From the IMG/VR virus record IMGVR_UViG_3300046001_008198, positions 61,220-125,219 of that record: 64,000 nt of DNA; one strand, given 5' to 3'. The notes beneath the pieces were generated by a model. The model saw only the letters and a program-made list of their open reading frames with translations, was not told the DNA's origin and did no database searches. Shown here piece by piece: positions 36,390 to 47,596 of the stretch. How positions within the stretch are numbered: the first letter of the stretch is position 1; each line of letters opens with the position of its first letter. Source of the DNA: a virus. The position numbers and the translations under genes were made by a program.

Positions 36390-36762
36390 AACTGCTGAAG
36401 AGTTAGGGAAAGATCCAATCCTTGTACAGGATGTGGTTGATTTTTACTATACTAATCTTAGAAAGATGATGCATAGTTTTGATTATCATCGGATAAATGT
36501 TCCTTTTCTTGGAACTTTTGAAATCAGGAAAAGTAGATTGGAAAAGCTGATTAGAATTTCAGATTGGGTTATCAAGAATGAACCTGCTGATAATTTTCAG
36601 AAAATTAAAAAGCATAAGCAGTTCGAAGAGCGAATTGAATTAGGTGAAAAACTTCTTATAAAAATTAATGAGGATGAGCAAAAAAGAGCGGAGCGTTATA
36701 TGGATCTGGGAAAACAGGAAAAAAATTATAGAAGGGTTAAAAAACAGTTTGATAAGAAATGA
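36352..36762 (+). CDS. HU/IHF-like DNA-binding protein
   Basis: AEELG..VQDVVDFYY..RINVPFLGTFEIR. Confidence 0.7.
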   Translation: MSKATRAKSLIPKTAEELGKDPILVQDVVDFYYTNLRKMMHSFDYHRINVPFLGTFEIRKSRLEKLIRISDWVIKNEPADNFQKIKKHKQFEERIELGEKLLIKINEDEQKRAERYMDLGKQEKNYRRVKKQFDKK

Positions 36763-36982
36763 AACTGTTGAGAAGATTGCAGAAGAAAGAGGTAGTATTT
36801 GTAATAAATGCGAGTTTATCGATCGTAAAGGAAGCGATTGTGCTGTTCCTGGTACAGCACCGTGCTGTTCTCAATGTGGTTGTTGTTTACATTTGAAGAC
36901 TCGTAGTTTAAGTTCAGAATGCCCTGAAGGATTTTGGCCTATAGTATTAACCAGTGATGAAGAATCAGAATTAGGATTATAA
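36668..36982 (+). CDS. Cys-rich Zn-binding protein
   Basis: CNKC..C..CCSQCGC..KTRSLSSECP. Confidence 0.7.
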   Translation: MRMSKKERSVIWIWENRKKIIEGLKNSLIRNETVEKIAEERGSICNKCEFIDRKGSDCAVPGTAPCCSQCGCCLHLKTRSLSSECPEGFWPIVLTSDEESELGL

Positions 36983-36983
36983 A

Positions 36984-37853
36984 ATGAGTGGTGTATTATT
37001 TTTCGAAAAAGATCATAAGTATGTTAGTGAGGATCCAGAAGAAGATATCTTTTGGATTAGTGTCACTACTTTGATTGATCATTTTAAACAACCTTTTGAT
37101 GCACTTAAAGAATCTGAAAAACAATCTAAGAAAAAAGATGGTAAATATTACGGTCTAACTCCTTCAGAAATTAGAATACTTTGGCAGGGTGAAAACACTC
37201 GTTCTACAACTGCAGGATCTTGGTATCATGATTTCAAAGAAAAGCAGAATTTACGATCACGAACTATTACCAGAGATGGATTGGAATTACCCATTCTTGA
37301 AAATACATTTAAAGGCGAAGCCAAAGTAGCGCCTAGTCAAAAATTAGTACCCGGTATTTATCCTGAGTTCTTTTGTTATTTAAAGAGTGCTGGAGTATGT
37401 GGACAAAGTGATCGTGCTGAAGTTTATAATAATTATTTATATATTCGGGATTATAAAACAAATAAGAAAATTGAGCGGGAAGGTTATACCTATGCTGATG
37501 GAAGTAGAAAGAAAATGTTAGGTCCGGTGCGTCACTTAGATGATTGTGAATTTTTCCATTATGCTTTACAGATGAGTATTTACATGTACATTATGTTGCG
37601 ACACAACTACCATTTACTTCCAGGAAATATTATAATCGATCATATCAAATTTAAAATTGCAAGTAAAGACAAATATGGTTTTCCTATTTATGAGTTGGAT
37701 GCTGCAGGAGATCCAATTATAGAAGAAATTGAAAAAATAGAACTACCTTACATGGAAATGGAAGTATCTGCTATTTTTAAATGGCTTCGAGAAAACAGAT
37801 ATGATATTGAAATGAAAAAAAGAAAAACTTCAAAGGATGATAAAGCTATTTAA
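36984..37853 (+). CDS. PD-(D/E)XK exonuclease (crAss-like)
   Basis: SVTTLI, GSWYH, CGQSD, IRDYKTN, YALQMSIY. Confidence 0.85.
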   Translation: MSGVLFFEKDHKYVSEDPEEDIFWISVTTLIDHFKQPFDALKESEKQSKKKDGKYYGLTPSEIRILWQGENTRSTTAGSWYHDFKEKQNLRSRTITRDGLELPILENTFKGEAKVAPSQKLVPGIYPEFFCYLKSAGVCGQSDRAEVYNNYLYIRDYKTNKKIEREGYTYADGSRKKMLGPVRHLDDCEFFHYALQMSIYMYIMLRHNYHLLPGNIIIDHIKFKIASKDKYGFPIYELDAAGDPIIEEIEKIELPYMEMEVSAIFKWLRENRYDIEMKKRKTSKDDKAI

Positions 37854-38397
37854 TATTGAGGGTAAAACTATAAAACCCACAGAGCATTGTTACATGATTC
37901 CTTTTTTGAAAGCTATCATGGATAAGTTTCCAGATGATTACATTCAGATATATGGATACTTATTTTATATGTGTGCTCCTTCTTCAGAAAATCCATACCG
38001 CGGTCTTCCTGAGTATAGTAAAGAAAGAGTTATACTAAATCATTTAAAGAGTGAGTTCGACCCTGAAAATCCAATTATAAGGGAAGCTCTTAGGAAAACT
38101 GAACTTCTTTATGATACACCGTCAAGGCGCGCGCACAGAGGGGTTAAAACTATGATTGATAAGTTAGCTTTATTTTTTGAGAATGAGCAGCTTACAGCAG
38201 GTGGAAGAGATGGTAATTTAGCGAGTATTGTAAATTCAGTAAAACAGTTTGATCAGATTCGAAAATCCTTCAAAGGTATTGAAGAAGATCTCGAGGAAGA
38301 ACAAAAAAGTTTAGATAAAGTTCGCGGTGGTTCAACTATTGCTTTTGACTTAACTGATGACGATGCCGATGAACCAACTTTTGAAGATGAAGATTGA
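37837..38397 (+). CDS. putative terminase small subunit
   Basis: Immediately upstream of TerL; helical with C-terminal VRGG. Confidence 0.45.
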   Translation: MIKLFNIEGKTIKPTEHCYMIPFLKAIMDKFPDDYIQIYGYLFYMCAPSSENPYRGLPEYSKERVILNHLKSEFDPENPIIREALRKTELLYDTPSRRAHRGVKTMIDKLALFFENEQLTAGGRDGNLASIVNSVKQFDQIRKSFKGIEEDLEEEQKSLDKVRGGSTIAFDLTDDDADEPTFEDED

Positions 38398-40634
38398 TTA
38401 TGAGCATCTATCCATTATATAGCAACAAACAACTTGGTAAACTTCACCAAAGAATTCCTGTTTGGGAAAATGGGGATTGGTCAACAATTAGTTTTACATC
38501 CCGTGAGGAATTTGCAGTTTATTTAGAAGAAAACTGTTTAAGGGAACCCGGACAGTATGAATTGGACGATACATCTTTTGAGTTTAATAAAAATGCCATA
38601 AAGTTTGACAAGAAGGGATATTTCTGCGATGAAGTTAAAGATAGTGCTGAATGGAAAAACTGGTGGAATTGGGAAAGATATAAAAATAGAAAAGGTGCAT
38701 TTTTTAAAGCTAATGGTAAAGTATGGTATTTACCTAGAGGTTATTATTTTTGGATAAATTTCTTAAAAATTATAGACAAGGTTAAAAGAAAAGAAGCTTT
38801 TCCTGAAGTACATGATGCTCAGTTACACATGTCTTTATATGAATTTATAGCAGAAGTTCGCTATAAACACGGATCGACATTAAAGAAAAGACAGTTCGGT
38901 TCTTCTTTATATCACATAGGAGATCTTATAAATTTATTATGGTTTGAAGAAAGTGTTGTATTAAAAATTGGAGCTTCTTTATCTGCATACATTACAGGTA
39001 TTAATGGTAACTGGAAGTTTGCTGAATCATATAAAGATTTTCTAAATACTCATACTCCTTGGATCCGACAAATGAGTCCAGATGGAGTTGGTAGTTGGCA
39101 ACAACAAGTTGAGGTTGTAAAGAATGGAATTGGAGTAAACATTGGACTCAAAGGAACTTTGGAAGCTAGATCTTTTGAACAGAGTCCAACAGCCGGTGTA
39201 GGGGGATTACTTACAAAGATGTTTTACGAAGAAGCTGGTATTGCTCCAACCATGGACCAAACATTATTGTATATGATTCCTGCCATGGAAGCCGGTGATT
39301 TAACAACCGGTATATTTTTGAGTGCTGGTACAGTAGGAGATTTAAAGCAGTGTGGTGCGCTTAAAAAGTTTATGTATTCTCCGGAAGGTTATGACATGTA
39401 CACCATTCCAAACATCAATGTGAATACAAAAGGAGTTATATTAACAACACCTTTGTTCATTCCTGAGCAATATGCTATGAAGCCGTATATTGATGTTTAC
39501 GGAAACAGCATGGTTAAGGAATCTCTAATTGCAATTGAAAAGAAAAGAAAGCGCTGGAGAGAAACTTTAGATGAAGCGGCCTACCAATTAAAAATATCTC
39601 AGCATCCAATTAATATGGAAGAAGCTTTTGCTCATAGAGAGGAAAGTATTTTTCCACAAGCGTTGATTAAAAGCATGCAGGTTAAGATTGATCGCAAAGA
39701 ATTTCCTTATGAATTGGTTGAGCTGGAACCATCTGAAACAGGAGTTATTGCAAAAAATACTAAAAAGCCTCCTATTACTCAATTTCCTGTTGATAAAAAA
39801 ATGGTTGATAAAAGCGGATCCATTGTTGTTTGGGAAAGACCTATTAAAAATGCACCATGGGAAACTTACTATGGAACTGTCGATCCTGTAGCACAAGGTA
39901 AAACAACTACATCTGTATCTCTTTGTTCAATTCAAATATATAAAGCACCATTAGAAGTAACCAGAATTGTAAATGGTGAAATGAAAACTTACATAGAAGG
40001 GGATAAACTTGTTGCGGCTTGGTGTGGAAGGTTTGATGATATCAATAAAACCCATGAGCGGTTGGAATTACTAATTGAGTGGTATAATGCTTGGACACTT
40101 GTTGAGAATAATGTCAGTCAGTTTATAACACATATGATTAATAAGCGAAAACAGAAGTACCTTATTCCTAAAGATATGATGTTATTCCTTAAAGAACAAA
40201 AATTAAATACTACAGTTAATGCTGAATTTGGATGGAGAAATATTGGTAGAATTTTTTATGATAATATTTTACCTTACTTTATTGACTCATTAAAAGAAGT
40301 AATTGACCAAGAAACTAAAGAAGATGGTACTGTTGTAAAAACTACATACGGTATTGAAAGATACCCTGATCCAATGCTTATGCTTGAGATGGAACAGTAC
40401 ATCGAAGGATTGAATGTCGATAGACTTGTTTCGCAAGCAGCCTTGACTGCATTCATAAAAATTCAAATAGCAAACCGTGGATGTCGTAAGATGACAATCA
40501 ATGAAGATGACAGCGATTTGCATAAGTCTGATAAAATCACTACATTAAATAGGAGTCCTTTCCGAAATATAGGCCAATCTACAAAAGTTGGATCTATGAA
40601 AGTAAAAGGAAGTCCGTTCAGAAGAATAAAATAG
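38394..40634 (+). CDS. terL: terminase large subunit
   Basis: LKKRQFGSS (Walker A-like), FYEEAG (Walker B), GTVG, RuvC-like YGTVDPV..VENN..DRLVS. Confidence 0.9.
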   Translation: MIMSIYPLYSNKQLGKLHQRIPVWENGDWSTISFTSREEFAVYLEENCLREPGQYELDDTSFEFNKNAIKFDKKGYFCDEVKDSAEWKNWWNWERYKNRKGAFFKANGKVWYLPRGYYFWINFLKIIDKVKRKEAFPEVHDAQLHMSLYEFIAEVRYKHGSTLKKRQFGSSLYHIGDLINLLWFEESVVLKIGASLSAYITGINGNWKFAESYKDFLNTHTPWIRQMSPDGVGSWQQQVEVVKNGIGVNIGLKGTLEARSFEQSPTAGVGGLLTKMFYEEAGIAPTMDQTLLYMIPAMEAGDLTTGIFLSAGTVGDLKQCGALKKFMYSPEGYDMYTIPNINVNTKGVILTTPLFIPEQYAMKPYIDVYGNSMVKESLIAIEKKRKRWRETLDEAAYQLKISQHPINMEEAFAHREESIFPQALIKSMQVKIDRKEFPYELVELEPSETGVIAKNTKKPPITQFPVDKKMVDKSGSIVVWERPIKNAPWETYYGTVDPVAQGKTTTSVSLCSIQIYKAPLEVTRIVNGEMKTYIEGDKLVAAWCGRFDDINKTHERLELLIEWYNAWTLVENNVSQFITHMINKRKQKYLIPKDMMLFLKEQKLNTTVNAEFGWRNIGRIFYDNILPYFIDSLKEVIDQETKEDGTVVKTTYGIERYPDPMLMLEMEQYIEGLNVDRLVSQAALTAFIKIQIANRGCRKMTINEDDSDLHKSDKITTLNRSPFRNIGQSTKVGSMKVKGSPFRRIK

Positions 40635-40638
40635 AACT

Positions 40639-43386
40639 ATGGAAGTTAAAAATGCTTTGGAAATAAAAAATGGTGCAAAGGTTGAACCTTGGATTGCCAA
40701 TTCCTTCACTCAACCAATTCAATTCCTTCCTGAGTCCGCAAAGGATGAGGAATGGTTTATCCATAATGCCGATTGGTTAGAATGGCAAGGTATCAAACAA
40801 ATTCGCGAAACTGGTCGTAGATTATTGAAAAATTATAATCTTGCCCGAGGTATTATTGATCGTGCTGATTACATTCCAGAGGACAATCCTGAGAATGCTG
40901 ATATACTAGATGCAATGATCACAGAAGGAGAAGAATTTGATAATGCTTATGAATTAAAGTTTTATCCAATTATTCCAACAGTAATGAATGTACTTACTGC
41001 TGAATTTGCCAAGCGTAATACTCAAGTAAGTTATTCAGCGGTTGATGATTATTCTTACAATGAATTGATTAGTGCAAAAACTGCAGAAATTGAAAGCGCT
41101 TTATTAGAGGATGCTCAAAATAAACTGCTGCAGGAAATGTTAGCTACAGGTTTAGATCCTAATACTCCAGAGGCGCAACAGCAATTTGATCCAGAGGCTT
41201 TAAAAAAATTACCAGAAATTGATCGGTTCTATAAGAAGGATTTTAGGACAGTCGGAGAGATATGGGCAAGTCGTCAACATGATATTGATGTTGAAAGATT
41301 TAAAATGGATGAATTAGAAGAAATAGGATTCTATGATTCTCTTGTTGCTGACCGTGAGTTTTGGCATTTTAAAATGTATGAAGATGATTACGATGTTGAA
41401 TTATGGAATACAGTTACAACATTTTATCATAAATCCCCATTCAAAAAGTATATATCTCAAGGTAGTTATGTAGGTAATATTGAAATGTTAACTATTGCGG
41501 ATGTTATTGATTCAGAAGGTTGGAAGATGACAGGTGAGCAATTAGAACAGTTAGAAAAATTATATCCTACCACTAATTCTAAAATGTTATTAGACGGTGT
41601 TCAGAATGAGGTTCATTATGATGCTAGTATTAGTCACAAAGATAATCTAAAAGATAGTCTTGCTATGAAGCAGTATCTTGCTAGAACGGAGGCTGAATAC
41701 AATAAAGAAGATATAATATCTTGGATTATCGGCGAAACTGCTGAAGGAACCCCTTTACATAATAGCCAAATGATTCGCCGAACAACAATGTATTGGAAAG
41801 GACAAAGGTTATTATATCACTTAACAAGTGTTAATGAAGGCGGTGAAGTAGTAACAGCCATTGTTGATGAAAGTTATGTCAAAACAAATAATCCTATTTA
41901 CAATAACAAATTTGATTCTCGAAAAAATGCTGAGACTTTGGTATATGGAGATCATATGGAACCGCTTTGGCAAAATATTGTTTATGGTACAATAAAGTTA
42001 GGTTCTACAGGAATGCCTTATCATAATAGAGAAAGTTCTGATTTTACTCCAATATATCTAGGTCCAAATGGGCCTAAGCCAGGACCACTATTATTTCAAT
42101 TTAAAGGAGATAAAAGTATTTATGGTGCAAAACTTCCTGTAGAAGGAACTGTGTTTAGTGAACACAACACTCGCTCTCACGGGATGATTGAACTTATGAA
42201 GCCTGGACAAATAGGTTTTAATATGTGTAACAATCAAATGGCTGATATCATGATTGATGAAATTGGTACTGTTGTGGCATTGGATCAGAATGCATTACCT
42301 CAGCATAGTTTTGATGGTAGTTGGGGTAAAAATAATTTAGCAAAGGCTTATGTAACAATGAGGGATTTATCAATCCTTCCTTTGGATACTACGTTAGCCA
42401 ATACTGAATCAGCAATGAATTTTGCCCATTTCCAGACATTAAATCTTGAGCAATCAAATAGATTGATTACTAGAATGCAACTTGCTAATTATTTTAAACA
42501 ACAAGCTTTAGAAGTAATTGGATTTACACCGCAACGATTAGGTCAGCAAATGGGACAAATTGAATCAGCTAAAGGAGTTGAACATGCTGTTACAGGATCT
42601 TACACGCAAACAGAAGTGTATTTCATAAATCATAGTGATAAATTAATGCCTCGTGTCCATTCAATGCGAACTGACTTAGCTCAACATTATCATTCGAAAA
42701 AATCATCACTTCGCTTGAGATCTGCTTTAGGTGCTGATGAAAAAACATTCTTTGAGTTGAATGGAACTGATATCTTACTGATTGACATTAATGTATTCTG
42801 TACAACAAATGCAAACATGAGAGCTATCTTGGAAGAAATGAAGATGTTTGCTAAGAGTAATAATACAACCGGTGCAGGTATACGGGACATTGGTAAAATC
42901 CTTCAAAGTAAAACTGTATCTGCAATGAATGTAATACTTGAGGGGCTTGAACAAAAACAAGCTGAACAAGGACAGGCTCAGGCTGATGCAGAAAAAGAAA
43001 AATGGCAGGCAGAAATTCAGGCTAAGAAAGAAGAGGAGCAAAACGCTCTTAATTTCGAAGCAAGTGAAAATGAGAAGAAAAGAAGAAATGATCTTCTTAT
43101 GACTCAGATTAAAGCTGCAGGTTATGGTGCAATGCAGGATATGAATGAAAACAAACAATCTGATTTTGCTGACCAGATGGATGTACTTCGTGAAACAGAA
43201 GCTTATCAAGAGACAATGAGTTTCAATCGTCAAAAGCATTCAGATCAAATGGGTGTAGGACAGCAAAAGCTTGATCTTGAACAACAAAGGATTGATCTTG
43301 CTAGGGAAACATCAAAGATTCCTCTACAAATTGCAAGAGAGAATCGAAGTAAAGCTGAAATTGATTCAGCAAAAAAGCCTAAATAA
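40639..43386 (+). CDS. portal protein
   Basis: 915 aa directly after TerL; FYPIIP..N.L.AE..KR pattern; coiled-coil C-terminus. Confidence 0.8.
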   Translation: MEVKNALEIKNGAKVEPWIANSFTQPIQFLPESAKDEEWFIHNADWLEWQGIKQIRETGRRLLKNYNLARGIIDRADYIPEDNPENADILDAMITEGEEFDNAYELKFYPIIPTVMNVLTAEFAKRNTQVSYSAVDDYSYNELISAKTAEIESALLEDAQNKLLQEMLATGLDPNTPEAQQQFDPEALKKLPEIDRFYKKDFRTVGEIWASRQHDIDVERFKMDELEEIGFYDSLVADREFWHFKMYEDDYDVELWNTVTTFYHKSPFKKYISQGSYVGNIEMLTIADVIDSEGWKMTGEQLEQLEKLYPTTNSKMLLDGVQNEVHYDASISHKDNLKDSLAMKQYLARTEAEYNKEDIISWIIGETAEGTPLHNSQMIRRTTMYWKGQRLLYHLTSVNEGGEVVTAIVDESYVKTNNPIYNNKFDSRKNAETLVYGDHMEPLWQNIVYGTIKLGSTGMPYHNRESSDFTPIYLGPNGPKPGPLLFQFKGDKSIYGAKLPVEGTVFSEHNTRSHGMIELMKPGQIGFNMCNNQMADIMIDEIGTVVALDQNALPQHSFDGSWGKNNLAKAYVTMRDLSILPLDTTLANTESAMNFAHFQTLNLEQSNRLITRMQLANYFKQQALEVIGFTPQRLGQQMGQIESAKGVEHAVTGSYTQTEVYFINHSDKLMPRVHSMRTDLAQHYHSKKSSLRLRSALGADEKTFFELNGTDILLIDINVFCTTNANMRAILEEMKMFAKSNNTTGAGIRDIGKILQSKTVSAMNVILEGLEQKQAEQGQAQADAEKEKWQAEIQAKKEEEQNALNFEASENEKKRRNDLLMTQIKAAGYGAMQDMNENKQSDFADQMDVLRETEAYQETMSFNRQKHSDQMGVGQQKLDLEQQRIDLARETSKIPLQIARENRSKAEIDSAKKPK

Positions 43387-43406
43387 TTCCAATTATTATT
43401 ACAAAG

Positions 43407-43441
43407 AAAACCCCCTTTCTATTTTTTAGTCTGGGGGTTTA
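43407..43441. terminator. intrinsic terminator
   Basis: aaaaccccc..gggggtttt. Confidence 0.65.
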
Positions 43442-43555
43442 GTAATATCCTACCAAAAATCTACTTTCCGGAAAAACATTTCTTAACTATAAATTATTTA
43501 ATGCCATTAATTTTGCTTAAATTATTATTAAGTCAGTACAAATAAAAACCAAAGT

Positions 43556-44851
43556 ATGAGTAAGCCAACAAGTAAAAGAGAAACAGTAAATATTCTCGAT
43601 GATTTTGGTTCAGATGCGACCATAATAGCATCAACGAGCACCCCTCCAAAAGGAATGTTTTCTAAGGAGGATAACAATGCGGTCTTTGACAATGATGATT
43701 TAGAGGATGAGGAGGAAGATAAAGATCCACCTGCTGGAGCTTCTACTTTAGATAATGAAGAGGAAGAAGAGGAGGAAGATAAAGATCCACCTGCTGGTTC
43801 CGGAACTTCTGCTTTAGATGAAGACTTTGAGGATGATGATGATACTCAAGGTGGAGAAGGTAAGAAAAAAGGTGGTCGTCCAACAGCAATTGCGACAGCT
43901 CTTCAAAAACTCATCGATAGAAAAATTATTCAACCTTTCACTGATGATCAGAAACCACTTTCTGAATATACAGCTGAAGATTTGGAAGAATTGATTGAGG
44001 TTAATATTGAAAGCGCTATTGCTCAAACATCGCAAGAAGCACCTCTTCAAGTATTTAACGCTCTATCTCCTGAGGTAAAACAAGTAGTTGCCTACTCTTT
44101 ACAGGGAGGTCAGGATTGGAAATCTGTAATGAAAGCTGCAATTGATGCAAAGGAAACTTTGGATTTGGATGTAGAAAAAGAACAGGATCAGGAAAAGATT
44201 TGTAGAGAATGGTTGACTGTGAGTGGTGTAATGACACCAGATGAAGTTGAAGATGAAATTGCAACGCTGAAAGATGCAGGGCAAATGAAAAAGAAAGCTG
44301 AAATCTTTAAACCAAAATTAGATCAGAAGCAAGCCTCAGTAATGGAGCAAAAGCTGAAAGATCAAGAAGCGGCAGTAAAGAGAGAGGAAGAAGCATCGAA
44401 ACAGTATCAGGCATCTATTTATGGCATATTGAATAATACTGCTTTAAATGGAATACCTCTGGATCAAAAGAATCAAAATGCTTTGTTCTATGGTTTAACA
44501 GATCGTAGATATACAAACAGTAAAGGTAAACCTGTAAATGAGTTGAGCTACTTGTTAGAACAATATCAGTTTGGGGAAAAACCGAATCATATAATGATGG
44601 CAGAATTATTATGGCTTGCCAGAGATCCTCAGGGATACAAACAAGAATTAATAAAAATGGGTGAAGCTCAATCTACTTTAAAAACAAGAAGAGATTTGAG
44701 AGGAGCCGCGGGAGACGGTGCTGGATCAACACCTGCTGGAACAGGAACACCTTCAGCAGCAGGAGTAAGTAGAAGGAGAACCCAACAGCAACCACCAGCT
44801 GCACCACAAGGAGGAAATGGACAAAAGAAGAGTTTCTTTGCCCGCGATTAA
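43556..44851 (+). CDS. acidic scaffolding-like protein
   Basis: Between portal and MCP; D/E-rich N-terminus with exact 29-bp duplication (43709-43737, 43769-43797, EEDKDPPAG). Confidence 0.65.
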   Translation: MSKPTSKRETVNILDDFGSDATIIASTSTPPKGMFSKEDNNAVFDNDDLEDEEEDKDPPAGASTLDNEEEEEEEDKDPPAGSGTSALDEDFEDDDDTQGGEGKKKGGRPTAIATALQKLIDRKIIQPFTDDQKPLSEYTAEDLEELIEVNIESAIAQTSQEAPLQVFNALSPEVKQVVAYSLQGGQDWKSVMKAAIDAKETLDLDVEKEQDQEKICREWLTVSGVMTPDEVEDEIATLKDAGQMKKKAEIFKPKLDQKQASVMEQKLKDQEAAVKREEEASKQYQASIYGILNNTALNGIPLDQKNQNALFYGLTDRRYTNSKGKPVNELSYLLEQYQFGEKPNHIMMAELLWLARDPQGYKQELIKMGEAQSTLKTRRDLRGAAGDGAGSTPAGTGTPSAAGVSRRRTQQQPPAAPQGGNGQKKSFFARD

Positions 44852-44877
44852 ATAGTAAACAATTAATATAAATAGCA

Positions 44878-46494
44878 ATGAGCACACCAAGTTTAAATAA
44901 CGGGTTATTCTTGAGAGATAATGTCATCGAGGCAGGATCGCATCTTGACTCTTATCACTTGATGAACTTGCTACAACACGCAGAGCCAGATGATCTTGGT
45001 CCCATTGATATTTGGGCGCAATTTCAAAAAGTTGAAATGCCGTTGTATCAAATGTCATCATTTAGTGGTAACAATGTAATTGATGTAGAACATCCAAAAG
45101 GAGAGTGGAAATGGGAGACACCTATTTCAGAAGAACTTCCTTTTGCAATGGAAGACATCGAACCAGGAAATACTCAAAAGGGTATTGACGGTACTACGTT
45201 CAGAATTAAAATGAACAAGCGCCGTTTCGGTCATGGTGATCTTATCACTTATGATAAGTATAATGGAAAAGAACTTTTCATCACTGATGAAGATATTCTT
45301 GAGACAGGAGATGGTGTTATCTACACTGTTCGTTTGGTGAACAATGATACAAACACTCCTTTTGATTCTCAGTATTTAGGATGCAACACAGCATTTTTCC
45401 GCATCGCTTCGGCTCGTGGTGAATATGGCGAGAAGTTCTCTGACATGAAAGAAGAAATGAGAAGTCGTGAATTCTACAATTTCGTAGGAAATGCTTCTGC
45501 TCACGTACACTATTCAGTATCTACTCGCGCTCGTTTGATCGCTGACGGTGGTATAATGGCTGACGGTCGTATCCCAGTTACTGAAATCTGGAAATCTCAC
45601 GATAAGAATATGGATCCATCTATCAAGAGTCTTGATGATATGGTGAAAATCAAAGGAGATTCTTATATAAATAAGGCTCGTAAATCAGGTAACTTGGTTA
45701 AGACTTTCTTGACAAGACTTGAGGCAAAACACCTTTCAAAAGTTGCATCTGATATCGAGTCTTACTTGATGTGGGGTAAAGGAGGTAGAATTACTCAGGA
45801 TGGACCGGATGATCTTCGTTTGTCTGTCGGACTTTGGAAGCAATTGGACAACTCATTCAAACATGTATACAACAAAGCGGATTTCCGTCTTGACATGTTC
45901 CGTGCTGAGTTGATGAACTTCTTCCGTGGAAGAGTTGAGTTCCAAGGACCAGATTCTAAGCGTGAACTTATCATCCAAACAGGTATGGCTGGTATGCAAA
46001 TGATTTCTACTGCAGTTTTAGCAGAGGCTGTTGCATCAGGATTGGTAATTAATGCTACAGAAATTGGAGCAATTACTGAGACAGGAATGGATTTAGGATT
46101 TGGATTTGCTTTCACGCACTTCAAGATTCCTTATTTGGCAAATGTTAAATTTGTATTGAATCCTGCATTCGATAATGTTGAGAACAACACAATCGAAAAT
46201 CCTAACATTGATGGATATCCATTGTCTTCATATTCATTCATCATCTTTGATGTAACTGATACTGGTTCAGATAACATCAAGTTGCTTCGAAGAAAATATG
46301 AAAGTGATCTTCGTTGGTGGTATGAGAATGGTACTATGGATTACATGGGTAGAAACAAAGGCTTCCAGTCTTCTGGTAAGTTCAATGGATACCGTGTTTA
46401 CATGGAACAAGCTTATCCAGCAATTTGGGTAAAAGATCCAACTAAAGTCTTGAAAATCGTTATGCGTAACCCTAGAACAGGATTTAGTTTATAA
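44878..46494 (+). CDS. major capsid protein (crAss-like)
   Basis: 538 aa, position after the scaffold; HK97-like features (YLMWGKG, VKFVLNPAFD, PAIWVKDPTK). Confidence 0.8.
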   Translation: MSTPSLNNGLFLRDNVIEAGSHLDSYHLMNLLQHAEPDDLGPIDIWAQFQKVEMPLYQMSSFSGNNVIDVEHPKGEWKWETPISEELPFAMEDIEPGNTQKGIDGTTFRIKMNKRRFGHGDLITYDKYNGKELFITDEDILETGDGVIYTVRLVNNDTNTPFDSQYLGCNTAFFRIASARGEYGEKFSDMKEEMRSREFYNFVGNASAHVHYSVSTRARLIADGGIMADGRIPVTEIWKSHDKNMDPSIKSLDDMVKIKGDSYINKARKSGNLVKTFLTRLEAKHLSKVASDIESYLMWGKGGRITQDGPDDLRLSVGLWKQLDNSFKHVYNKADFRLDMFRAELMNFFRGRVEFQGPDSKRELIIQTGMAGMQMISTAVLAEAVASGLVINATEIGAITETGMDLGFGFAFTHFKIPYLANVKFVLNPAFDNVENNTIENPNIDGYPLSSYSFIIFDVTDTGSDNIKLLRRKYESDLRWWYENGTMDYMGRNKGFQSSGKFNGYRVYMEQAYPAIWVKDPTKVLKIVMRNPRTGFSL

Positions 46495-46511
46495 AATATC
46501 CTATTATAAAA

Positions 46512-46541
46512 AAAGCCTTTGGAGAAATCTGAAGGCTTTTT
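46512..46541 (+). terminator. terminator after MCP
   Basis: aaaagccttt..aaggcttttt. Confidence 0.75.
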
Positions 46542-46579
46542 CTTATATTTGTCAGATCACACACATAAAAACCAACAAC

Positions 46580-47584
46580 ATGGAAGTTATTGAAAAATTA
46601 AAATCGGTCGGTAAAATTTACATCAGGCCCTTTGTTAATCAGAATGTTGATAACATGGGTATGCAGAAACATGGTTATGTAGTATTTCCTGGTACACACC
46701 ATAGACCAACGGTTGCCGCCGTTTCATTAAATGGTAAAACACATTACATCACAGGATTAAATGAATTTGCTCCAGATGTTAAAGCAATCGGAGATGCTAC
46801 AATGAAAGCAGCAAAGATTAAAGAGATTCGAGAAGTAGTAGCACTGCTTGAAAAGGAAAAGAATTTCAAAACTATTGATGTAGAAGATCCTAATTTTTGG
46901 GATAAAGTAGAAACATATCGTCCAGATAATGCTGCGATATGGGGAGACTCCTCTTTAACAAAGGAGTTGGCAAATGATGCAGTTGCTTTGGATCCTGTCA
47001 ATAACATGAATGATTTATTGTTTATGTATATCGTAGAAGCAGGTGGCATTCCTGAAATCGCAAAATCAATCGAAGATGCTAATGCCAGTCCTAGAGCTGT
47101 CAAATGGTATTTAGATAAACAAATCAATACTGCTGCAGTAAATACATCTGTAGGTAAAATTAAAAATAAGGCTTTGGCTAGGTTGCAAGAATTATCAGAA
47201 GATGATCCGAACAGACTTATGTACATTGCTAAGTTACTGGATCCACATAGTACACAGTATACATACAGAACTCTTCCAGATGTTATTTACGATACAGTCG
47301 ATAAATACATTAATGGTTTAAGTGTTCAGGAAAATATCAAGAAAGCTGCAACAGCATTCATTGATTATGCAGAAATGACACTGGAGGATCTTAAAATAAA
47401 AGCAATCATTAAAGATAGTTTCTTCTTTAAATTTATCATAATCAAAGCCGACCAAAACATTTACGCTACAGCTAGTGGTACATTGTTAGGTAAAAATCTG
47501 AATGATGTATTTGTTACATTAAAAAATCCATTACATCAAGATGAGTTGATTAGCTTGATGGATCAGGTTGAAGTACTTTGGTAA
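46580..47584 (+). CDS. conserved crAss-like protein following MCP
   Basis: 334 aa; synteny. Confidence 0.6.
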   Translation: MEVIEKLKSVGKIYIRPFVNQNVDNMGMQKHGYVVFPGTHHRPTVAAVSLNGKTHYITGLNEFAPDVKAIGDATMKAAKIKEIREVVALLEKEKNFKTIDVEDPNFWDKVETYRPDNAAIWGDSSLTKELANDAVALDPVNNMNDLLFMYIVEAGGIPEIAKSIEDANASPRAVKWYLDKQINTAAVNTSVGKIKNKALARLQELSEDDPNRLMYIAKLLDPHSTQYTYRTLPDVIYDTVDKYINGLSVQENIKKAATAFIDYAEMTLEDLKIKAIIKDSFFFKFIIIKADQNIYATASGTLLGKNLNDVFVTLKNPLHQDELISLMDQVEVLW

Positions 47585-47596
47585 AATAATTAAATC

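Noticed and set aside
43709-43797. 29-bp direct repeat
   Set aside because: In-frame duplication in the disordered acidic linker of the scaffold; no sign of a regulatory or mobile role
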